From: Isurus oxyrinchus | Taxonomy: Eukaryota | Assembly (NCBI GenBank): GCA_026770705.1 | Contig: JANJGN010000038.1 | Coordinates: 12,710,001-12,774,000 of the forward strand | Reading direction: 5' to 3' | Length of the DNA stretch: 64,000 nucleotides | Shown: positions 50,212 through 63,284 of the stretch, piece after piece | Position numbering within the stretch: position 1 is the first letter of the stretch | Layout of the letters: every line of letters starts with the position of its first letter | The notes under the pieces: model-generated | Told to the model about the DNA's origin: nothing | What the model saw: only the letters and a program-made list of their open reading frames with translations | The model's database searches: none | Program-made: the position numbers and the translations under genes

Positions 50212-50254
50212 ACCTTATAAACATCAAGAGGATGGGCGGATTTGCATAGGGCGG
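50212..50254 (-). promoter_or_regulatory. IgNAR V promoter: octamer flanked by two GC boxes, plus TATA-like box
   Basis: Plus-strand ATTTGCAT at 50240-50247 is ATGCAAAT on the gene strand, the IgH-type orientation. GGGCGG at 50234-50239 and 50249-50254. Gene-strand TTTATAA at 50215-50221, about 95 nt upstream of the leader ATG. Confidence 0.85.
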
Positions 50255-51289
50255 AGTGATAGACCATTAGCAATGTGGTTAGCTTAGGGTTTGCGATAGG
50301 TTAGGTTATGACTTCTATGTCTACAGTCACAGTCACACTAGTCGAATCTGCATCCAATTAATGTGGACAGATCGGCTGACTAAAAATGAAGATACTTCAC
50401 GGTCACCATGTTCAGTTTGTTTCCATACAAGCTGATTGCTTTTCATACTATTTTGTTTGTTTTAATTGTACTTTCATGGGGTGTGGGCTTCGCTGGCAAG
50501 GCCATCAATTGTGAACATTCACTATTTGTGCTTGTGAAGGTGGCTCCTTGAATCTCAGCAGTCCATCTTATGCAAGTACACACACACTGCTGTTAGCAAC
50601 AAATTTACAAGACATTGATTCAGCCACAGTGAATGCATGGCGATATAGTTTCAAGTCAGGATGCTGTGGGGCTTGGAGGGAAACCTGCTGGTTGTACTGT
50701 TATCATGCGTTTGGTGTATATTGTTGTCTTCAAAATGGTAGATGTGGAATGTTTGGAAGGTGCTTTCGTTGGAGACTTGGTGAATCGCTGTAGTTCATCT
50801 TGCATATTGTAAACGTACATGTTCAACAATTGGCGATGCATTAGTCTTAGATTGATAATGATATCCATGTTTAAATGTCAGCTTTGTGCACCGAATGAAA
50901 TAAACAGCTCTCACTAAAATAACGTCTAATGGAACAGTCATGCCTTTAATGTGACAAATCTATTGACCTACCAGTGATAAACAAAGACCGCATGCTTGGT
51001 TTGAGCTGTGTTCATGCAAGAAACCTTCCTTGTTTTCCTTTTTTTTTCCTGTGATATTTCGACTTTTGGTCATGTACATTTACGCACGCGAAGCTTAAGA
51101 AAGCCTTTCACAGGACAGTACTGGAGAACTATGGAAAGATTAAGGAAAAGAGCGCAAATCAATTAAAATGCATCACAGCAAGGCCAACAGGGATATCAAT
51201 ATAATCATTGTTGTTGGAAATGGGTAAAACTCTAGCACATGATTCTGTTCTCTGGGCATGTTTGTTCACCCCGTAAATCAGTGATATTA

Positions 51290-52060
51290 TTGTGATCCCC
51301 GCTCCAAAATCCCTTTCCTAGCTACTGACTCCAACTAATTCCCCGGCAGCAGGCTCTGTTCATGGCAGTCTCTTTGCAACCTCGATGTCATATTCGATGC
51401 GGCAAAGAGCTTCCGACTTCATAATCACATCATATCTAAGATGCACTATTTCCACCCCCATAGCATCACTTGACTTCGCCCCTGTCTCAGCTCACCCTTG
51501 GCTCTTTTCTTCGTTACCTCTAGATTCAATTATTCCAACGCACTCCTGCCTCCCATATTCTACCCACTGTAAACCTGAAGTCCTGTAAAACTCTGCTGCC
51601 CTCATTTTATCTCACAGCAAGTCCCACTCACCTATAATCTCTTTGCTCACAGACTGACATTTACTTCTGGGCAAGCAACCTTTGATTTTAATATTATAAT
51701 CCTTGTTTTCATAAGCCTCCATAGCCTTGCCCATTTTTATATCTATAATTTGCTCCAAACACAAAAACGCTACAAGAGATCTATGCCTTTATTTCTGGCC
51801 TCTTGTACACTCCAAACTTTAATCGCTCCACAGCTGGTGGCCGTGCCTTCAACTGTCTCGAACACAAACTCTGAGATGCAGTCCTTACAGCTCTCAGCCT
51901 CTCTGCCTCGCTTTCTCCATTTAAGGCATTCATTAAACTACCTGTTTGACGAAGCTTTTGGCAATCAGACCCAATATCTCCTTATGTGCCTTGGTGTCAT
52001 TCTTTATTTAATAATTTTCACAGGGAAACCCCATAGGCCAATGAAAGGCGCTACATTTGA
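51290..52060 (+). mobile_element. Degenerate L2-like LINE 3' fragment
   Basis: Similar to 41950-42700; ends in TGAAAGGCGCTACAT. Confidence 0.55.
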
Positions 52061-54041
52061 TTTTATTAGTTTTGTTGTTATAGCCGTGAGGAAAGTTTTC
52101 CGAATGGTGAACGCAACATAAGAAACACTTCTTAATATTTGGAAAACCAAACGGAGTTGGGTAATATGCGGGGAAGTGCTAATAAGTGGCAGGGGACAGT
52201 CAATGCCAATAACATTCAGATGATTCCCTTTGTAAAGAAGGCGCTGGAAATGATACTCTGAAAGAAAATTAGTTCAGTTTTGTGGAAGAGCAGAGAGTTT
52301 ATGCAATTTTGGCTCTCCAATATGATATGGACGTTGAGGCTTTAAATGTTGTGCCAAACATTTTTTGTTGCCTCATTCATTCACAGGACGCCTCTGGTAA
52401 AACTAATATTTATTTACTGTCCCTAATTGCCCTTTGGAAGTGGTGGTGAGCATCTTTCCTGACAAGAATGACTTACTTGATAATTTTAGAGAGCAGATAA
52501 AAGCCAGTTACATGGTTACGCATTTGGGTTTTTGTGTATGTGAGACCGGGTGAGAACATAATGGGAATTAGAAAACGAAAGGGCCGTCCTCTAAAAGAAT
52601 CCGGTAATTTCATCTCAACATTGCTGACTGTAGCATTTTATTTGCAGATTTATTAAATTTACTGAATGTTAATTCCCAAGCTGCTGTTTTGGTATTTTTA
52701 CTCATGTTCCTATACTATTTGGCGAGCCTTGAAGGTTATTTCTTCTGTAGCTTAATCACTCTGCTGCTATTCTTGATGACTAGAACGATGCCAGTTATGA
52801 CGATATGTAAATGGGAATAAAAAAAACTATAAGCTTGGTCATTTTTTTAAAGAAAGCTTTCATTAAGAGTAGATAAAGCAAACTGTTTAAAACGTCAACG
52901 AATTGGTCAGGGTAGATAGATGGGAGCAGGACGTTATTAATGGTTAAGTGATCAAGGAGAGGACAATATTAAAATTGAGGGATTTTAAGCAGTAATCGAG
53001 TGAAACGTCTTCATACAGAAAGTTGTTTGGCTGCGGGATTTACGAGCAAGTATAATGTTTGATTCATGAGCTATGTGAACCTGTACGATTAGTCTGGAAG
53101 GCGTTTGGAGTTGACGCCACTTTCTCATCTCGTAAACAGAGCTCAAGGAGCCAGGTGCATTGCCTTTGACAGATAGAAATGTGCATTACCCCCTAAAAAA
53201 CAGAAGGCCATGTTCATGTGGACTCATCCCTTTAAAGCAGGGAATAGTACTCTTTTAGCCCTCCAATAGTCGAGCCTATCGGCATTCACGGGAAGAGTAA
53301 CTGCAAGATCAAAGGTGCAAGTTTCAAAGAATGTGCTTCCCTCTGGTACCCTTCCCACAAGGCTTTGTAACTCAAATCATCATAACTGAACCGCCCTCTC
53401 ATAATTTTAGATCATTAATATCGACGGGCGGTAAATCACCATCCGGATGTACTTTGATACAAACCTGCCAATAATCTCCCGAACCATCAACATCCCAATC
53501 ATTTGTGATTCATAATTGTTAGAACGTGGGCCTTATAATTTGATTCACGCAAGCGCAATGCCCATATGATCAACGAGTTTTCATGTACTTGGGGTTTGCT
53601 GTCCTTAACTTGGTCATATACATAAACTGGCAATATGATAGTGTTAATGGGCATGGATGAAGTTCATATTATGAAAACAGCGTCGGTTTGATAATAACTG
53701 ATAGGTGAACTGCACTATTTCTAATTGCTGGTACCATGAGCATTGCAGCTGACGTTAATATTTGCATATTAATGTTGATGGCGTTAGGAAACCAATATTA
53801 AGAGCATCGGGAAGCCATTTTCATTCGCAGAGATTTTAATTGGTTTAATTTAAGCATATGATAACCCAATTATGAAATGGAATGATGGGCATTTAAGGGA
53901 TCCTAGTACGTCACACTGTTTTCTTCTTGCCCAGTTTCAATTATTAACCATCTGCTTTACATGTGACACCACAACATGTTACATGGAGTGTATTCCGTGC
54001 TACATACAGACTGAGATTGTAATGTAGCTTCCAGAAGATAA

Positions 54042-54850
54042 ATAGAAACATAGAAACATAGAAGCAAGGAGCTGGAATAGGCCATTCAGTCCTTCGAGAC
54101 TGCTCTGCCTTTCATCATGATCATGGTTGATTATCCAACTCAATAGCCTGCTTCTGCTTTCTCCTCACACCCTTTGAACCCTTTTGCCCCAGGAGCTATA
54201 TGTAACTCCATGAAAGCACACAAATGTTTTGGTCTCAACTACTTTCTGTGGTAACGAATTCCACAGGCTCACCACTCTCTGTGTGAAGAAATTTCTCCTC
54301 ATCTCAGGCCTAAATGGTTTACATCACATCCTCGGACTGTGGCCCCTTGCTCTGGACTCCCCCACCATCGGAAACATTCTTCCTGCATCTACCCTGTCTA
54401 GTCCTCTTAGAATTTTATAAGTTTCTATGAGATCTCCCCTCATTCTTCTGAACTCCAGTGAATATAATCCTAATCGACTCAACCTCTCCTCACATGTCAG
54501 TCTCACCATACCAGGATTCATTCGGGCAAATCTTCGCTGCACTCCTTCTATAGTAAGTACATCCTTACTCAGATAAGGAGACCAAAATTAAACACAATAT
54601 TCGAGATGTGGTCTCACCAAGGCCCTGTACAATTGCAGCTATACATCCCTGCTCCTGTACTCGAATCCTCTCGGTATGAAGGCCAACATGCCATTTTCTT
54701 TCTTTACCACCTGCTGCACCTGCATCCTTACCTTCAGCGACTGGTGTGCAAGGATCCCCAGGTGTCGTTGCAAATTCCCCTCTCTCAATTTATAGCCATT
54801 CAGATAATAATCTGCCTTCCTGTTTTTGCTACCAAAATGGATAATCTCAC
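54042..54850 (-). mobile_element. CR1-type LINE 3' fragment
   Basis: (ATAGAAAC)n tail; ORF LGLYSLEFRRMRGDLIETYKILRG. Confidence 0.92.
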
Positions 54851-55599
54851 TGGTTATCGGGAATGTTTTAGCGAGTACAAACGCACAAAGGGCAGCGATG
54901 TAGGACGTGTCCTAGAGTTGGTTGAATGAAATGTACTGGCACCTGAATCTTAGCTCAAATGCCAGAAACAAAATGACGATGTGTGATCTCCATTCCCCAT
55001 TCCCCTTTAACTCCATTTCCACTAAGGCCCATGTTCCCGATTCTGTCTTCAATAGCGTGAGACTAGAACTTTTCTCCTGACTTTGATGCTCGATTATCCC
55101 AAACTCCGTTCCTTATTCCTCTCAAAGATTTCGCATTGGGTTGACTGAACTTTCCCGTTAAATTAATCAAGCACAGCGGGGACGGGGCCTTAAAATGTGA
55201 CGAGTCGCTCAAAAGTCCATTGACTCCGGTGGGACCAGAAAATCTCACTGGCGGGGTGGGCCAAGATTTCCTCCCATAGTGTCCGGAGTGCATTGTTAAG
55301 ATTATGGTGAGTCGACAAATTTAGATGAATTTTTGAGGACGATACCAGTAAGTAGAAACCAGTGTACCTTGAGACATTAGCCATATAGATTTACTGAAAA
55401 CCTCGAAAAAGGTCGACATGCACTCAAAAAGAAGCAAAAAGGACGAGCCAAAAAGTTGTGATATATGTTACACATTCGGATTGATAGGATCTGACATGTC
55501 GTGGTTCCCCAAGTTTGTTATCTGGGTTTTCAAATATCTGCCTTATTTATTGAATGTATTGGATCAAAGAAAATACATTTAAATGTCTAAGACTGAAGA

Positions 55600-56830
55600 G
55601 GGTTGTAAGCATGTGCGCTAGAAAATAATGCAGGTGGGGGCACAGCATTGCATAGAGGTATCTACAGATTAGGAGTTCGGCTGAAGCCGGCAGATGGAGA
55701 TTAATTTGCATAAGTGCGAGGTCACTTTGCTTTCATGCAAGACAAACATATCAAGATGTATTCTAAATTCTGATACAACTATATACTGCAGAGGAAGAAG
55801 AAAGAGATTTCCAACTACTCATATTTGTTAAAGCTGTACAGAGGTGCAACAGCGAATCAAAAAAAAAGGCCAAATGTGCCCTGATTTTATTGACCATTAT
55901 TGAAGAGAACATTACAGTACAGTTACTGGTTATTTTGACAAATAGCTCTGTACGGAGTACAGAGTAGTTCATACTCCACAAAAGCCGCTTTCCAGTTGCT
56001 TCATGTCAATAGATCAAAATATGTTCACGCTTTCCACTAGCATGTATTCTAGCTTCTCCTAAATTTATTATTAATATTCGTCACGACCACACCATGTAAG
56101 AACGAGTGCTGAATTTTTGCTAACTTCTGTGTTTCCTGAATAAACTTGAAAAAGTGACAATTATTAGGGAAATGAAGTTGAGCACACATAAATGCGAAGG
56201 GACACATTTTGGTGGGAATAATGTGGAGGTAACTTTTAACTTGGAAGATGTAAGTCACAATGGGGTAAAGGTGGAATCTAGCATGATCGTGGGGTGTTAG
56301 TGCGTTGTTCTCTAAAGGTTGTGTCACAAGTTAGCAAGACAATAAAAAACCATCATGAATTCTTTATAGAGGGTTAAATTTGAAAAGCAGGAACTTTATG
56401 CTTAACCTGTGTCGAACCTTGGTTCAACTACACTCGGATTAGTATGTGTAGTTATGCCCCACGTATTATAAAATTAGAGGGTATAGAGGTGCTTAAGAGT
56501 GAAAAGAAAATGCACACCGATGTTACCAGAATTTCGTGGATATACATATCAGGAAGGGCTTAGCAGCTAGCGTCACTTTTCTCTTGATGTAAGGAAGGCT
56601 GCATGGTGACATAATAGAGGCCATTATGTTTGCAAGGTTTGGATAGAGTCTATACGAAGGAAATACTTTATTTGTTGATAAATAACATAACCAGAGGCTA
56701 TCATCAAAAGAGAGACAACAAATCTGGCCTGTAATTCAAAATAAACTTATTCATGCAAAGAGTGATGAAAATTCAGAACTCGCTACCACAAGCTGAATCG
56801 AATAGTAAAGGATTAATTAAGGGGAGCCTA
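55600..56830 (+). mobile_element. Old degenerate CR1-type fragments
   Basis: CAGATGGAG..AATTTGCATAAGTGCGAGGTC and later pieces match the CR1 RT C-terminal consensus. Confidence 0.5.
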
Positions 56831-56850
56831 AACAATCCACATAACGGGAG

Positions 56851-57070
56851 AAAAACTGAAAATGTTGAAAAAAAAACTCAACAGGTCTGGCAGCAGCTAC
56901 GGAGGAAGAAACAGAATTAACGCTCGAGTCCGTAGGACCCTTCTTCGGAGTCATACGGACTCGAAACATTAATTCTGTTTGGCTCTCCACAGATGCAGCC
57001 AGGCCTGTTGAGATTTTCCAGTATTCAGTTTTTGTTTCAGATTTCCAGCATTCGCAGTATTTTGCTTTCA
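56851..57070. repeat. Palindromic repeat element (about 85-nt arms), probably Penelope-derived
   Basis: 56851-56938 is the reverse complement of 56948-57032 with a few mismatches. Family assignment is from recall. Confidence 0.75.
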
Positions 57071-60064
57071 CATGAGGAGATATTTGGACAGATGTAAAAA
57101 AAAAATGTTTGGTCAGTGTGCTATTAAGAATCGTCGTAAGGAGGGAAAGTGTTGTAGGAATGTGGAGATGTGTCCGGGCGGAATTACAGCGCCCAGGGCC
57201 TTGCCCGTGGAAGGCACAATTATGGAGTGATTAAAATTGAGGGTGTACAACAGGCCGGATTTGGTGGCGTTCACTTATCTCGACGGATAGTAGGACTGAA
57301 GAAAACTATAAAGATAATAAGGGGTGAGGTCACGAAGGGATTTGAAAACCAGAAATAGAATTCTAAAATGCTCACATATCCAGATATCTATAAATGTCCC
57401 ATGAGCTCGAGTGTGTTAAATGTATTATACATTTAGATGCACAGGATAATGCATGCTTCCAACACAATAGTATTCAATGGTAAGCTATTGAGCGTCAGTG
57501 TTCTTGATATATGTGGGTGTTATTGCTCCCCAGTGTTCTGCACATACGTTATGCTTTGAAGCCTTATTCATTCACATGTACAGGCTTGTGCACACCGTTT
57601 CTGCCCACGCCTATATTATTGAATGATTTACTACATATCTCCTGTAGAATTTCTAATGAGCGGCAAGTGAGACACTGTCTTCAACATAGCAAGACTGACC
57701 GCCCTGGACATTATATCGCTCAACCACAGAGCGTGGTGGGGGCAAAGTTTGCAGATGCACATAGATTTTAATACGTAATATGGAATTATCTATTTGTTTA
57801 AAAAAGATTTTTTCAAAAAAAAAGCTTACTATGGCAATTCGAAACCAGTGCGCTTGAACTTATAAGGGTTAGTGCAACTGACTCATAACACGCTCCCCTT
57901 TTTACTCCAGCCAAATGTGAAACAGTAAACATACTATTAATCAACTGACATTGTTCTTTTTCGACCTGCCTACACGTTTTAATTAATCGTAAGCTTGGCT
58001 GTCATGTTTTCGCTCCTCTACATTAGCTAACTTCTGCCAGTTTGTAACATTATCCAAGAGCCTGAGATAGTGGCAATATAACGTGCAAAGTTAGAGCGGA
58101 ATTCATGAAATACGTACAAATCGTGTCTTTCCATCTCAAGAACCAAGGACAGCAATGGATCTAGTTCTAGGAAAGGAAATGTTGCTAGCGGAGCATTGTT
58201 CATTGGGAAAATATATCAGAAACAGTAATCATCATAACAGCATCGGCTATAGAATTTGTGGATCACCATTCATCTGAAACTGAATTGGAATAACTATGTA
58301 AATAAAGTAACTACAAAATGAAGCAGAACAGTGACTGGGAATTATGAGGCGAGTAAGTCATCTCTTGACCACTTCCCCTCACCCCGAACCTCCCAAAACC
58401 CTGTAAAACATCATCGAGATACGAGTAAGAAATGTGATGGAATATCTCTTCTCGACTGGATCAGTGCACTTCCAACAATCGTAACGAATCTCGGCGCCAT
58501 CCTGGACAAGGAAGCCGAACAATATACCAAACATTCATTCGGAGTACCAGCACTGTATAGCATTCATAATGATCACGGCAGCAACCCATAACTCCTGTCA
58601 ATTTGAATACATATCGTTTAATCTCTAAACTCTGCCTCCTACCTCCCATCCAAGACACAATCTATGCCAAATGGGTACATCCTTATAAATTTGCTGCATT
58701 TCTTCTTGAGTTGACAACACACAAATTAAACATATTTCAGGAATTCCTCTCCCTTTTTGCACTTCACATTGCCACTATGTCCGTATATATTAAGATAATT
58801 GAAGGCCCGTTTGTCACTACTATGTAATCACATATTCTTTCTGTAATATGGCTCCAAATTTGCTTTTCAATCTCCTTCTTAATAATTCAGAGCTTATGGT
58901 AAATTCTCGGGCATATTAGATTTCAACAGAGATAATTAAATGTAGATGAGCAAATATACTGGACTGCTAACCGACTTATTAAAAGTAGGTGGGCAGGTAC
59001 AAGAATAATGAATATTACTTAATAGCATTCTTACCATTTTACTTGCGACTAGAATAAACTGTGGACTACGTTATGTCTGAGTTGTGGAAGCTTCGATGTA
59101 AGTTTAAGTGCAGCATGGAAATTGCGTTCTCATCATTTCCAATAATCTCTGATACATATATCTATCTATCTATAAATTCAAAGGCCTACAGATTCTTGCT
59201 TTAACTCTTCCAGCCATTTTAAATAAGGGAATTAAATTCGAAATGTCCCTTTCCTTCCGATCACGATTCACAACAAACACTCACAGAAGCCCAATTTACC
59301 CACCCGCAACACTGCTGCTCCCACCTCCACCCCCCACCTGTCCCCATCCGGACTCTTATCCGGCTCCAGCTCTGCACTCCATTGGGCATTGGCTGCGGTC
59401 GGAGTATTCACCACCCCTCCAGTTTCTGCAGCTGGCATTGGAAAGTTGCCAGCCACTGGATTGGCCAGTATCTCTTGATGGCTGGAAGTGATCCCGGATG
59501 GGGGCGGAAGTCATAAAGTGAACCAATTTACAAACCGATGTACATTCACTCCGCAGTCTTCACTCTGAATTTTAAATTGCTGAACGCGTCCAACGCCTGT
59601 CGCTATATTTCCATCGTGGATGGAATTAATCAAGGAAATTGGTGAGGCCAGGTCTGGAGCAGCGTGTGCTGTTTGTGTCCCCGGCCTTATGGAAAGATAT
59701 ACTTCTCCTAGTGGGAGTAAATTTAATGCTCGCTAGTTTGTTTCAGTTGTGAGAGGAATTTCATATAACGATAAATTTAGCCTATACTTTCTGAAGTTTT
59801 GGGAATGAGAGACAAATGCATTGTAAGGCAAAAATAAACCTCTTAGGGAGATTTATAGGCTAAATGCTAAAGTGTTTCCTCTGTTCGGAGGCTCTAGAAT
59901 TGGAGTTCATTCCCTCTGTTAAGTGGCCAGTCATTTGCAACCGTGATGATTAAAAAACAAAAATCATCATTTAGAGGGATCAACACATTATGATTTTTCT
60001 ACCAAGAGAATAAAGATCCTGACCTGGAACTATATCCCCGATCCTTCACTGTCGGTAGGTGAAA

Positions 60065-62690
60065 ATCATACAGTCACAGGATCATGGAGGCCTACAGCAT
60101 AAAAAAGGCCCTTCAGCCCTTCGAGTCTGCGCCGGTCAAACAAGTACCTTACAATTCTAATCCCATTTTCCAGCACTAGACCCATAGCCTTGTATGCCAT
60201 GGCATCGCAAGTGCATATCCAAATGCTTCTTAAATGTTATGAGGTTTTCTGCATCTACCACCCTTTCAGGCAGTGGGTTGCAGATTCTCACAACCCTCAG
60301 GGTTAAAGAATTCTTCCACACATCGCCCCTTAATGTCCTGCCCCTTACATTAAATCTATTGCCACTAGTTATTGATCTCTCCACCGAGGAGAAAGGTTCA
60401 TTCCTGTCTACCCTATCTATACTCCTCATAATTTTATACACCTCAGTCCTATCCCCCCTCAATCTCCTCGGTGCTAAGGAAAGTAACCCCAGTCTATCCA
60501 ATCTCTCCTCTTAACTAAAACTCTCCAGCCCAGGCAACATCTGGTAAATCTCTTCTGCACTCTCTCTAGTGCAATCTCATCCTTCCTATAATGTGGATTT
60601 CAGAACTGTACACAATACTCTAGCAGGGGCCTAACCAGCGCTTTATTCAGTTCCAGCATAAAATGCCTGACTTATACTCAATGCCTCGGCTAATAAAGGC
60701 AAGTATCCTATAAACCTTCTTAACCACCTTATCTACCTGCCCTGCTACCTTAAGGGACCGGTGGACATGTACACCAAGATACCTCTGACCCTCAATATTT
60801 CCCAGGGTCCTATCATTTATTACGTGTTCCCGTACATTTTTTGTCTTGCCCCAGTGCATCATCTCAAAATTATCTGAATAAAACTCCATTTACCACTGAT
60901 CAGCCCATCTGACCAACTGTCTATGAACTCGTGCAATCTAAGGCTATGCCCCTCACAATTTACCATGCCACCACTTTCAATGTCATTTATGAATTTACTA
61001 ATCAACCCTCCTATGTTCAAGTCTAAATCATTTATATTTACCACAAACAGCGAAGGATGCAACACTGATCTCTGTGGAAACTCACTGGACACAGGCATCC
61101 AGTCACAAAAGCAACCCTCGGCCATCACACTCTGCTTCCTCCACACAGCCAATTCTGGATCCAATTTTCCAAATTGCCTTGGATCCCATGAGCTCTTACC
61201 TTCGGTATCAGTCTTCCATGTGGGGCCTTACCAAATGCCTTGCTGAAGTCCAAGTAGGCTACCACAAATGCATTGTCTTCATCTACATGCGTAGTCACCA
61301 TTTCGAAAAATTCAATCAAATTGGTCAGACATGATCTCCTCCTAACAAAGCTATGCTGACTGTCCTTGACTGAACACTTCCTCTCCAAGTGTAGATTAAT
61401 TTTGTCTCTCAGAATTACTTCCAATAACTTCCCCACCACTGAGGTGAGGCTGACTGGTCTGCAGTTCCCTGGTTTATCCCTTCCTCCCTTCTTGAAAAAT
61501 GACACCACGTTGGCTGCTGCCTGTCCTCTGGCAACTCTGCGATGAAAAGAGAGGTATTGAAAGTTATTGCCAGCGGCCCTGCTATCTCCTCCCATGTCTC
61601 AGTCAACAGCCTGCGACATATTTCATTCAGACTTGGAAATTTATCTACCTTTGTGCCTGCCAGGCCACTTAGGAACTCCATTCTTTCTATGCTAATTTAC
61701 TTAATTATATTACAGTACTTCTGTCTGATTTCCTTGCCCACGTTGTCCCTTTCACCAGTGAACACTGACACAAAGTATTCATTTTGAACATACCTACGTC
61801 TTTCAGCTCCACCCACAAATTACCAACATGGTCCTTAATGGACCCTACTCTTTCCCTACTTATCCTCTTGCTCCTAAGATGCATGTAAAATAACTTTGCA
61901 TTTCCCTATATTTTACCTGTTTTTTGATGTCCCTTTTTTCTCTCCTAATTTCCTTTTTAACTTCCTCCTACACATTCTATACTCCTCTAGGGATTCCGGT
62001 GTTTTGAGCCTTCGGTATCTCTCGTAAGCCTCCGCTTTTCTCTTTATCCAATCTTGTCTACCCCTCGACATCCAGGGTCCCCGGAATTTGTTGGTCTCAC
62101 CCTTTGTCTTTAATGGAATATGTTGGCCCTGTACTCTTTACATTTCCTTCTTGAATCGGCCCCACTGTTCTGAGGCAGATTTACTTTAAAGTCGCTGCTC
62201 TCAGTCCAATCTGGCCAAATCGTATCTGCTCTCATTAAAATCGACCTTCCCCCAATTTAGAACTCCGATTTCTGGCTCATCCTTGTCCTTTACCATAACA
62301 ATCTTGAATCTAATGGAGTTTTGATCACTATCTGCAAAATGCTCCCCCAATGATACCTCTACCACTTTCCCGGCTTCATTCCCTAAAATTAAGTCCAGGA
62401 CCGCCCCATGTTGTGTTGGGCCTTCCACGTACAGGCTTAAAAAAGCTCTTCTGGATGCATTTTAAGAAATTCTGCTCCCTCTAAACGTATAACACTATGA
62501 TTAATCCAAACAATGTTCGGGACGTTGAAACCCCCCACCATTAATACTCTATTATTTTTACACTTATATGAAATTTTCCTACATATCTGCTCTTCCAATT
62601 CTCTCTGACTGATTGGGGGCCTATAGTACATTCCCAAAAAGTGCTTGTGTTTTGTTTTTAAATTCTACACATATAGCTTCATTTGGGTAG
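60065..62690 (-). mobile_element. CR1-type LINE ORF2 (endonuclease to 3' end), frameshifted
   Basis: GMYYRPP, LMVGGFNVPNI, VLDLILGNE, PVSLTSVVGKLLE, YLDFSKAF and RRLRGD motifs in successive minus-strand ORFs. Confidence 0.95.
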
Positions 62691-63284
62691 AAAGCTTTTC
62701 CTGACAGCACTGTGGGTGCACCTATACCACAGGGACTGTAACAGTTCAGGAAGGCGGCTCACCACCACTTTGGCAAGGGCAATTATGGATGAGTAATTAA
62801 TAATGTCCTAGCCAGCAACAACAAAACCCCATGAACGAATAAATAAAAGCTGAGGATATGAATTTTGGGAAAGATATATATCTTACACTATGGAATCAAG
62901 GGATTGTTGGATAGATGTGGAGGGGGAAGGTGCCGTTTGATCCCACATGTAAAGATTTCAGTGTGTCCATCAATCAATGAAACGGCTCCAAAATATCAAC
63001 AACTTGCAGCTATGTTAATATACCCATCACGCTCTTCCGAAATCCATTCCAATCATTTTAACAACTGAAGTCATTCCAAAGGATCAGACGTTCGGTATTC
63101 TTGCCAAATCCGCAGATAATTAAGTTTCTGTGGGAAGAAACTTTGGAATATAAAGTCTGGGAAAGTTAGTCGCACAATCCCTGAATATTAAACAGTGATC
63201 CACATGCCAGGCTTTCAGCACTCATTTCATAATCGGGTCATCTGGGAATTCGACAGAGGAATGAATTTCAACCATACCATCAGA

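Noticed and set aside
55704-55711. Perfect octamers at 55704 and about 38957
   Set aside because: Both are embedded in CR1 remnants and derive from the LINE sequence.
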